A DNA stretch of 32,000 nt from Pyrodictium occultum (GTDB lineage Archaea > Thermoproteota > Thermoprotei_A > Sulfolobales > Pyrodictiaceae): NCBI RefSeq assembly GCF_001462395.1, contig NZ_LNTB01000002.1:30001-62000 (forward strand), written 5' to 3'. The position numbers were made by a program, and so were the translations under genes. Positions 22,664-29,570 of this stretch are shown piece by piece. Under the pieces are notes generated by a model. The model was not told the origin of the DNA, searched no databases, and saw nothing but the letters and a program-made list of their open reading frames with translations. The first letter of the stretch is position 1, and each line of letters begins with the position of its first letter.

Positions 22664-22994
22664 GCCCCGGGGAGGCGAGGTCTGCCGGGTGCTGGAGGCG
22701 CTCGCCAGGACCGGGGCCGCGGCGCCCGAGTACCTGGCGGCGGTCACGGGGCTGCCGAGGGGCAGGGTTGAGGCTATACTGGCGCTCCTCGAGGCCTCCG
22801 GGGTCGTCGAGAGAGCCGGGTCCGCGGCGGCCGCGTGCCCCTGCAGCCGCTGCCCCCTGGCGAGGGTGTGCGGGGTCCCTCGAGGCGGGGCCAGGGTCAG
22901 GCTCTACCGGGTGAGGCGCGGGGCGCTAGAGGCCTGCAAGCGCCAGCAGCCTGTCGGCGAGCACCCCCAGGCCGGCGGCGAGGCCCAGGGCTAG
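22656..22994 (+). CDS. FeoC-like winged-helix protein with a C-terminal Cys cluster
   Basis: VCRVLEALARTGAAAPEYLAAVTGLPRGRVEAILALLEASGVVER is a wHTH. It is followed by CPCSRCPLARVC, which parallels the CxxCx5C part of the FeoC cluster (C-KSC-PEGKA-C). The 3' end overlaps the convergent ubiA-like gene by 69 nt. Confidence 0.55.
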   Translation: MAEPRGGEVCRVLEALARTGAAAPEYLAAVTGLPRGRVEAILALLEASGVVERAGSAAAACPCSRCPLARVCGVPRGGARVRLYRVRRGALEACKRQQPVGEHPQAGGEAQG

Positions 22995-23891
22995 GTTGGT
23001 GTTGAAGGCGCGGGGCACCGCCTCGAGGCCCCGGCGGGCTAGGAGGAGGTGCTGGTAGGCCAGGAGCAGCGCCGCCGCCGCCAGGCCGGCCGCCGCTGCC
23101 GGCCCCAGCCCGTAGGCCGGCACCGAGGCCAGCATGAGGACCGCTGCCGCGGCGTGCATCAGCCTGGAGGCCCATAGGGCGCCCCGGGGGCCTAGCCGGG
23201 CGGGTATGCTGCCGAGCCCCATGCTCCTGTCGAACTCCATGTCCATTATGGCGTAGTACGTGTCGAAGCCCGCGACCCAGAGCGCCACCGCCGCCACGTA
23301 GAGCCACGGCACGTGGTGGAGCAGGTCCCAGGCGCCCCGGGCGCGGCCCCCGTAGGCGGCCACCGCGCCGCCGAAGACCACGGAGCCCAGCACGAGGCCC
23401 AGGTGGAGGTGGGGGAGCCAGTGGAGCCTCTTAGCGTGCGGGTAGGTAATTGCCGCCAGCCAGAGCAGGGGGGAGAGGAGGAGCGCGTAGCGGTTCAGCA
23501 GGGCGGCTGAGGCGTAGTAGAGGAGGGAGCCCGCCGCCACCAGCGCCCAGGCGTCCCGGAGCCCCACGGCCCCGGCCACCAGGGGCCTGCTCCTCGTCCT
23601 CGGGTTCAGCCTGTCGATGTCCAGGTCGGCTATGTTGTTGTACGCCATGGCCGCGGTGCGGAGCCCCAGCACGGCGAGGGCTATGAGCGCGGCCTCCCTG
23701 GGCCCCAGGCAGCGGGGGCAGGCCAGCACAGCCCCGGCGTAGGCGAAGGGGAGGCTGAAGAGGGTGTGCTCTATCCTCACGAGCCTCATGAGCGCGTGGA
23801 GCCGGGAGCGGCGGGAGAGCCTCCCCGGGTCCCAGGCGGCCCTGGCCAATGGGCATGTCAGCCCCCCGCGTCTATGCCTAGGCTGCTCCAT
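22926..23891 (-). CDS. UbiA-superfamily aromatic prenyltransferase (MqnP-like candidate)
   Basis: The Asp-rich motif NNIADLDIDRLNPRTRSRPLVAG is present, with multiple TM helices and a second motif region YYAIMDMEFD. The start is uncertain: ATG 23945, ATG 23891, TTG 23849 (9 nt after the ubiD-like stop) and ATG 23789 are all in frame. Confidence 0.8.
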   Translation of the reverse strand: MEQPRHRRGGLTCPLARAAWDPGRLSRRSRLHALMRLVRIEHTLFSLPFAYAGAVLACPRCLGPREAALIALAVLGLRTAAMAYNNIADLDIDRLNPRTRSRPLVAGAVGLRDAWALVAAGSLLYYASAALLNRYALLLSPLLWLAAITYPHAKRLHWLPHLHLGLVLGSVVFGGAVAAYGGRARGAWDLLHHVPWLYVAAVALWVAGFDTYYAIMDMEFDRSMGLGSIPARLGPRGALWASRLMHAAAAVLMLASVPAYGLGPAAAAGLAAAALLLAYQHLLLARRGLEAVPRAFNTNLALGLAAGLGVLADRLLALAGL

Positions 23892-25339
23892 ATCCGGTCT
23901 ATCTTCCTGGCGGTCTCGGGGTCGGGCTCCACCTCCTCCGGCCATGGCCTCCCGTTGTTCTCCTCCAGCAGCTTCCTGGTAGCGTCTATGCCGAGCTTGC
24001 TCCCGTAGCCGGGGTAGGGGGCCGCGGGGTCCAGCTCGTCGGTGTGGGTGCCCGGCACCACCACCACGTCGCGCTGCGGGTCCACGTGGGCGGCTACGGC
24101 CCAGAGCACCTGGTTCAGGTCGTGCACATCCACGTCGTGGTCGACCACTATGAGTATCTTTGTCAGCGCCATCTGGCCCAGGCCCCAGAGGGCCATCATT
24201 ACCTTCTTCGCTTGGCCGGGGTAGCGCTTCCTTATCGAGACTATCCCTATGCCCTGGAACACCCCGTGCTCCGGCAGGTTCATGTCAACCACCTCGGGGA
24301 GGAGGAGCCTCACGATGGGGAGGAAGATCCTCTCCACAGCCTTGCCTATAGCGGCGTCCTCCATCGGGGGCTTCCCGACCACCGTGCCGACGTAGACGGG
24401 GCCGCGGCGGAGCCAGATCCTCTCGACGGTGAGGACGGGGAAGCGGCGGGCCGGCCTATCGTAGTAGCCCCAGTGGTCGCCGAAGGGGCCCTCGGGGGCC
24501 TCGCGGCCGGGCTCCACGTAGCCCTCTATCACCAGCTCAGCGCTGGCAGGGACCGGCACCCCGGAGGGGAGCCGGTACACCTCCACCCCCCGGCCCGCCA
24601 TCACGCCGGCGAAGAGGAGCTTGTCCAGCGGGTAGGGGACCGGCATCACCCCGGCCAGCATCGTCGCCGGGTCGGAGCCCACGACCACCGCTACTGGGAG
24701 CCTCTCCCAGGCCCTCTCCCCGGCCTCCCGGTAGGCCTGCTGGCCCCTCTTGTGGAGCTGCCAGTGGACCACTGCCTCCCTCGGCCCCCTCACCATGACG
24801 CGGTAGACGCCTATGTTGGTGACCCCGGTGGCGGGGTCCACGGTGTACACCTGGCCGAAGGTTATGTAGCGGCCCCCGTCCCGGGGCCAGGTCTTGAAGG
24901 CCGGTATCCTCTCCAGGCTCGCCTCCCCGCCCTCCAGCACCGTGTCCTCGAAGGCCGCCCTGCGGGCCTGCCTGGGGGCGTAGCGGGCGAGGTCGAGGGC
25001 CTCCCGGAGGCCCCGGAGCTTCTCCAGGAGCCCCATGGGCGGGGGGCCCGCCAGGGCCCTGGTGAGCCTCTCCCCTATCTCCTCGAGCCTCTCTGCGCCC
25101 AGCGCGAGCTTTATCCTCTCGAGCGTGCCGAAGAGGTTGCCCGCCACCCTCCAGCCCGGGTAGCCCCGGACCCTCTCGAAGAGGAGGGCGGGGCCCCGGC
25201 GCCTCATGACGCGGCGGAGCACCTCGGGTATCTCGAGCACCGGGCTCAGCTCGGCCCGCACCCTGCGGAGCTGGCCCCTCTCCTCCAGCAGGGCGAGCAG
25301 CTCCCGGAGGTCCCTCGCGGCCGGCACCCCTGCGTGCAC
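23858..25339 (-). CDS. UbiD-family (prFMN-dependent) decarboxylase (MqnL-like candidate)
   Basis: The N-terminus DLRELLALLEERGQLRRVRAELSPVLEIPEVLRRV...PALLFERVRGYPG and the C-terminal TKILIVVDHDVDVHDLNQVLWAVAAHVDPQRD are typical of UbiD. The start is GTG 25339 (or GTG 25327). The upstream 388 aa of the 881-aa track ORF are an out-of-frame overlap with the K+ channel gene. Confidence 0.85.
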   Translation of the reverse strand: MHAGVPAARDLRELLALLEERGQLRRVRAELSPVLEIPEVLRRVMRRRGPALLFERVRGYPGWRVAGNLFGTLERIKLALGAERLEEIGERLTRALAGPPPMGLLEKLRGLREALDLARYAPRQARRAAFEDTVLEGGEASLERIPAFKTWPRDGGRYITFGQVYTVDPATGVTNIGVYRVMVRGPREAVVHWQLHKRGQQAYREAGERAWERLPVAVVVGSDPATMLAGVMPVPYPLDKLLFAGVMAGRGVEVYRLPSGVPVPASAELVIEGYVEPGREAPEGPFGDHWGYYDRPARRFPVLTVERIWLRRGPVYVGTVVGKPPMEDAAIGKAVERIFLPIVRLLLPEVVDMNLPEHGVFQGIGIVSIRKRYPGQAKKVMMALWGLGQMALTKILIVVDHDVDVHDLNQVLWAVAAHVDPQRDVVVVPGTHTDELDPAAPYPGYGSKLGIDATRKLLEENNGRPWPEEVEPDPETARKIDRIWSSLGIDAGG

Positions 25340-25371
25340 CCCCCGGGGGGCTCCCCTCCCTGGAGGCTGTT

Positions 25372-26454
25372 CTAGCTGCCCCCGGCCCCGCCTGCCCCGC
25401 CGCCCCCGCTGGGCGCCGCCTCCCCCTGGGGGGCGGCCTCCCCGGCGGCCGGGGTAGGGACCACTACTACGAGGACGTCGTCGCTCTCCAGCAGGGTGTC
25501 GTCGGCCGGGTTGGTTATGAGGCGGCCGCGGCGGCGGATCGCCACTGGGGTCATGCCGTGGCGGCGCAGCTCGAGCAGCACGTCGATGTAGCGCTTGCCC
25601 GCGTAGGGCGCAGCGGGGATCTCGTGGATCTCTATGAGGCCCTCCTCTATCCTGGATATGTTCTCCACGAACATGGCCGCGCCGGGCTCGAGGAGGCTCG
25701 CCGCCAGCATCCTGCCGCCGAGGTCGCGGGTCGGCACCACTATGTCGGCCCCGGCCTTGTGGAGTAGCTCCACGTTCTCGGGGTGGAGGGCCTCCGCCAC
25801 TATCCTCGCGGAGTGGTTGAGGCCGCGTACCGCCAGCACCACCAGCACCGTCTTGGCGTCGTCGTTGGTGCTGACCACCACCATGCCTGCCCGGTGGACG
25901 CTGGCCCGCAGCAGGGTTTCGCGGCGGGTGGGGTCGCCGCGGACCAGGGTGAGGCCCTCTATGTCTATCTCCTTCGCCACCGCGGCGGGCTTCTCGGTGA
26001 CGAGCACTATGTCGCCGCTGTAGCCGCGGCTGCGCAGCTCCCTCACCGCTGCCTCGCTGGCCGGGGTCCAGCCTATGACTACCACGTGCCGGGCGCCCCT
26101 GTACCTTATGTAGCCCTGCCTCCTCCTCTCGGCAGCCTCCACTATGTTGCCGGCGGCTATCGATACCAGGGCGGTGTAGACCGCTATCCCCGCCACTATG
26201 GTGAGCATTGCTATGAGCCTGCCGGCGGGGGTGCGGGGGACTATGTCGCCGTAGCCCACCGTGGTCATGGTCTCGAGGGCCCAGTAGAGGCCCTCCTGGA
26301 GCCCCAGGCCCTCCACCAGGGAGAAGGAGATGCCGGAGGCGAGCCAGACCAGCATCGCTATGAGCGCCACGTCGAATATTATGTTGCTGCGCAGCCTCCT
26401 GGCGAGCCTCGCCAGGAGCCGCCGGAGAGCCTCGACGGCCGCCGCCAGCACCAC
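25372..26454 (-). CDS. MthK-like potassium channel (2-TM pore plus RCK/TrkA-N and TrkA-C domains)
   Basis: The selectivity filter TTVGYGD is present, flanked by two hydrophobic helices. The Rossmann-like segment HVVVIGW...VRELRSRG and a C-terminal TrkA-C-like segment follow. GTG start. Confidence 0.85.
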   Translation of the reverse strand: MVLAAAVEALRRLLARLARRLRSNIIFDVALIAMLVWLASGISFSLVEGLGLQEGLYWALETMTTVGYGDIVPRTPAGRLIAMLTIVAGIAVYTALVSIAAGNIVEAAERRRQGYIRYRGARHVVVIGWTPASEAAVRELRSRGYSGDIVLVTEKPAAVAKEIDIEGLTLVRGDPTRRETLLRASVHRAGMVVVSTNDDAKTVLVVLAVRGLNHSARIVAEALHPENVELLHKAGADIVVPTRDLGGRMLAASLLEPGAAMFVENISRIEEGLIEIHEIPAAPYAGKRYIDVLLELRRHGMTPVAIRRRGRLITNPADDTLLESDDVLVVVVPTPAAGEAAPQGEAAPSGGGGAGGAGGS

Positions 26455-26516
26455 CTCTCCGGCACCCTTCCCCCGGGGCCCAGGCCCCCCGGGGCCCCCT
26501 CATAGCCGCTGCGGGG

Positions 26517-27935
26517 CTAGAGGCCCCCGGTCTTCTCGAGCCAGCGGGCGTAGAGGCGGAGGCCCCAGAGCGCCCTGGCGGCCCGCGCCTCGCCGGGGTA
26601 GACGGGGACCCCGGCCAGCTCCTCCAGCCTCCTCGCCAGCCCCCAGGCCCTGGCGCCGCCGGTCACCGAGGCCACCACGGGGACCCCCTCCTCCCGGGCC
26701 CTCCTGAGGACGGGGGCCAGCTTCTCGGGCAGCTCCCCGGTTATCCCGGGGACGTTGAAGTAGGGTATGAGGAGGATCCCGTCCGCCTCCCCGCTCTCCA
26801 GGACCACGTGGAGCGCCTCCGCCAGGTGCTCGTCGGTGGCGGAGCCCGTGACGTCCACCGGGTTCCTGGTGCTCGCGAGGGGGAGGAGGACGCGGCGGAG
26901 CCTGGCCTGGGTCTCCGGGCTGAGCTCGGGTACCTCGAGGCCCAGGCTGCTCAGCCAGTCGCTTGCCACCACCCCGCTGCCCCCGCCCACGGTGACCACC
27001 GCCACCCGGTCGCCCCTCATGGGGGGCTGGAGGGCCAGGGCCACCGCGAGGTCGAAGAGCTCCTCGGTGCTGGAGGCCGGGACCACCCCGGTCTGCTTGA
27101 AGAGGGCGGCGTAGAGCTCGTAGCTCTGGGCCAGGCTACCCGTGTGGCTCGCCGCCGCCCGGGCGCCGGCGCCGCTCCTCCCCGCCTTCAGCACCACCAC
27201 CGGCTTAACCGGGGTGGTCTCCTCCAGCGCCCCGCGGAACCGGGGCCCGTCGTCAACCCCCTCCACGTAGAGGGCGATGCTCCTCGTCTCCGGGTCCCCG
27301 CGGAGGTAGGAGAGGAGATCCGCCTCGTCCACGTCGGCCTTGTTCCCGAGGCTCGCGAACCTGCTGATCCCCACCCCCCGGGCCTCGGCCCAGTCCAGCA
27401 CCGCCGCGCCCAGCGCCCCGCTCTGGCTCACGAAGGCTACCGGCCCCGGGCCCGGCAGCCCCTGCCTCCCCGGCACGAAGAACGTCGCGTTCACCCCGGT
27501 GGAGGGCGAGTAGACCCCGATGCAGTTCGGCCCCAGCACCCGGAGCCCGTGGCGCCGCGCGGCCTCCACAAGCCTCTCCTCCAGCGCCGCCCCCCGGGGC
27601 CCCACCTCCCGGAACCCGGCGCTCAGCACTATGACCCCCCGCAGCCCCCGGCGGCCCGCCTCGTCCACAACCCTCGGCACCAGGGGCGCGGGGACCGCCA
27701 CCACAGCCAGGTCCACGGGGTCCGGGACCTCGAGCAGGCTAGGGTAGGCGGGGAGCCCGAGGATCTCGCGGGCGTGAGGGTTCACCGGGTACACCGGGCC
27801 CCGGAACCACCTCTTCAGGTTGAGGAGCACCGTGTGCCCGACCTTCCCCGGGTGCCTGGAGGCGCCCACCACCGCGACCCCGCGGGGATGGAAGAAGACG
27901 TCCACGCCGCTGCCGGCCGGCGGCCTAGGCCTCAA
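26517..27935 (-). CDS. acdA: ADP-forming acetyl-CoA synthetase (NDP-forming acyl-CoA synthetase), alpha subunit
   Basis: FFHPRGVAVVGASRHPGKVGHTVLLNL...VYPVNP...DLAVVAVPA is the CoA-binding domain. LGPNCIGV and the phosphohistidine segment ASHTGSLA are also present. The start is TTG 27935 or GTG 27905. Confidence 0.85.
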   Translation of the reverse strand: MRPRPPAGSGVDVFFHPRGVAVVGASRHPGKVGHTVLLNLKRWFRGPVYPVNPHAREILGLPAYPSLLEVPDPVDLAVVAVPAPLVPRVVDEAGRRGLRGVIVLSAGFREVGPRGAALEERLVEAARRHGLRVLGPNCIGVYSPSTGVNATFFVPGRQGLPGPGPVAFVSQSGALGAAVLDWAEARGVGISRFASLGNKADVDEADLLSYLRGDPETRSIALYVEGVDDGPRFRGALEETTPVKPVVVLKAGRSGAGARAAASHTGSLAQSYELYAALFKQTGVVPASSTEELFDLAVALALQPPMRGDRVAVVTVGGGSGVVASDWLSSLGLEVPELSPETQARLRRVLLPLASTRNPVDVTGSATDEHLAEALHVVLESGEADGILLIPYFNVPGITGELPEKLAPVLRRAREEGVPVVASVTGGARAWGLARRLEELAGVPVYPGEARAARALWGLRLYARWLEKTGGL

Positions 27936-28031
27936 GATGCGGCCACGCCCCCGCCCAGAGCCGCGCCCCGGGGGGCTGAAAACGGCGCGCCGGGGAGAGA
28001 GGGGTGTAGGAGGCGCGTAGAGCGGTGGGGG

Positions 28032-28036
28032 AAAAA
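28032..28036 (-). terminator. T5 run (minus strand) after the SlaB-like gene, preceded by GC-rich palindromic sequence
   Basis: AAAAA on the plus strand lies about 40 nt downstream of the stop at 28077, following GGGCTCCCCGGGGGCCCC. Confidence 0.35.
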
Positions 28037-28076
28037 CTCGTGGGCCCTTAGGGCTCCCCGGGGGCCCCGGGGGGCT

Positions 28077-29342
28077 TCAGCCGGCTATCTTCCTGTAAAC
28101 CAGCACCACCGCCACGATCGCTATTATGAGGCCTATCAGGCCAGCCGCGACGCCGACCAGGGCGAGCCTGGAGGCGCTGCTGGCCTTGCTGCTGGCGCTG
28201 CTCACCTGGCTCTGCAGGCTAGCCGCGGTGGCGCGGAAGCTGTCGATGCTGCTCTTCAGCTGGCCTATGGCGCTCTGCAGCTGCCCGATGCTCTGGGTGG
28301 CGGCCTCCAGGGTGTCCACCCTCTTCTCCAGCGTGGCGACGCGGCTGCTCAGGTTGTCCAGCTTGTCGCTCAGGTCGCCGAGCTTCGCGGCCAGCTGGTT
28401 CACCGCGGCCTGGTCGGCCTTGCCGGCGACCTGGCCCTGGAGGGAGCTCAGCTGGTCGGCGAGGCTGCCAAGCTTGTCGTTTAGGTCGCTCAGCTCCGCG
28501 GCCAGCTTCTCGAGGTCAGCCTTGCCGGCCTTGGTGTCCAGCTGGCTCTGCAGGGTCTTAACCTGCTCGGCGAGGCTCTGCAGCAGCTGGCTCAGCTGCT
28601 GTAGCTGCTGGTCCACATACTCCTTGGTGGCCGCCGCCGCCACGCTGGCGTTGAGCTGCTCCAGTGTAGCCATCAGCTTGTTGAGGCTGGCGTTTACCTG
28701 TGCCTCCAGGCCCCGCACCAGGCTCTCCAGGCTCCGTATCTGCAGCGTGCCGAGGCTCACGCGCTCGCCGCGCCCAACGCTGACATTGGTGACAGTGGCG
28801 GTGGTGTAGCCGCTCTTCTCAACCTTCACGCAGTAGGTGCCAGGGTTCACGAACACCGTGAAGCTGCCGTCGCCGCCCGTGGCGGCCTCGGCGACGGTCT
28901 GGTTGCCGCTGCAGACGTACACCTCCGCGCCCGCCACCGGGCTGCCGTTCTCGTCCACCACCCTGCCGGCTATCTCGCCCCCGCTCTGCAGGGTGAAGGT
29001 CAGCGTCTGCTGCTCCCCGGTGTCAGCGTTCCTGACCACCACCTGGTAGGTGCCGGTCGGCCAGTCGCCGGGCAGCCTGATGCTCCAGGTGAAGCTGCCG
29101 TCGCCGCCAGCGCTTACCTGGTCCGCCACCTTGACCGCGCCGTTCGGGTCCACAATCTTTATTGTTATGACCGCGTTTGGGTCGGCTGTGCCGCTGACCA
29201 CGAGCGTGTCGCCGGGGATGAAGCTGGCCTTGTTGAGCGAGACGCTTAGCGCCGCCAGCGCCACTATCGACTGGGACACCGCTAGGAGGACAAGCGCTAC
29301 AGCGGCTAGCCCCGCGAGCCTCTTAGCAGCCCTACTCCTCAT
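28077..29342 (-). CDS. SlaB-like S-layer anchor candidate: signal peptide, two beta-sandwich domains, long coiled coil, C-terminal TM helix
   Basis: The signal peptide is MRSRAAKRLAGLAAVALVLLAVSQSIVALA. Residues ~124-202 fit a CarboxypepD_reg-like fold (GRVVDENGSPVAGAEVYV...TGGDGSFTVFVNPGTYCVKVEKSGY). Residues ~203-385 are heptad-rich and Gln/Leu/Ser-rich. The C-terminus is LALVGVAAGLIGLIIAIVAVVLVYRKIAG. The gene has a strong TATA box and a GGTGA Shine-Dalgarno motif. Confidence 0.8.
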   Translation of the reverse strand: MRSRAAKRLAGLAAVALVLLAVSQSIVALAALSVSLNKASFIPGDTLVVSGTADPNAVITIKIVDPNGAVKVADQVSAGGDGSFTWSIRLPGDWPTGTYQVVVRNADTGEQQTLTFTLQSGGEIAGRVVDENGSPVAGAEVYVCSGNQTVAEAATGGDGSFTVFVNPGTYCVKVEKSGYTTATVTNVSVGRGERVSLGTLQIRSLESLVRGLEAQVNASLNKLMATLEQLNASVAAAATKEYVDQQLQQLSQLLQSLAEQVKTLQSQLDTKAGKADLEKLAAELSDLNDKLGSLADQLSSLQGQVAGKADQAAVNQLAAKLGDLSDKLDNLSSRVATLEKRVDTLEAATQSIGQLQSAIGQLKSSIDSFRATAASLQSQVSSASSKASSASRLALVGVAAGLIGLIIAIVAVVLVYRKIAG

Positions 29343-29396
29343 CCTGGTTCACCCGCTCGCCTTCCCCTTCACACCCTACATGCACACAGAGAGCCC

Positions 29397-29406
29397 AAAT
29401 ATATAG
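29397..29406 (-). promoter_or_regulatory. TATA box (CTATATATTT on the minus strand) for the SlaB-like gene
   Basis: It lies about 60 nt upstream of ATG 29342. GGTGA lies 9-13 nt before the ATG. Confidence 0.6.
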
Positions 29407-29474
29407 GGGTTTACCCCCGTCGCGCAAGAGCATTCATCTAGAGCCCCGTTGGGGCCGGTAGACGCTCCGGGGCT

Positions 29475-29533
29475 AAAAACAGGGAGAACCCCAGAGTGGG
29501 TAGAGGCCATGTGAAAAAGCGCTCGGGGCAAGA
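29475..29533 (-). terminator. Terminator region after the large S-layer-like gene: hairpin plus T5, then a second T5
   Basis: On the minus strand, GCTCGG and CCGAGC (29511-29516 and 29528-29533) form a stem followed by TTTTT (29508->29504). A second TTTTT lies at 29479->29475. Confidence 0.5.
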
Positions 29534-29570
29534 CTCTCCGAGCCCCCATGCCCTTCTTCTGCAGCCAGCG

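Noticed and set aside
24044-25375. A 443-aa plus-strand ORF.
   Set aside because: It lies antisense to the UbiD-like gene and has a shadow composition.
23858-26503. An 881-aa ORF that would be the largest complete gene in the window.
   Set aside because: Only the C-terminal 493 aa (from GTG 25339) are UbiD-like. The N-terminal ~388 aa are Arg/Gly/Pro-rich and lie out of frame over the well-supported K+ channel gene (TTVGYGD, RCK domains). This is an artefact of stop-codon scarcity.
26808-28484. A 558-aa plus-strand ORF.
   Set aside because: It lies antisense to the ACD alpha gene and runs through a spacer into the SlaB-like gene. Its composition is Pro/Arg/Gly-rich.
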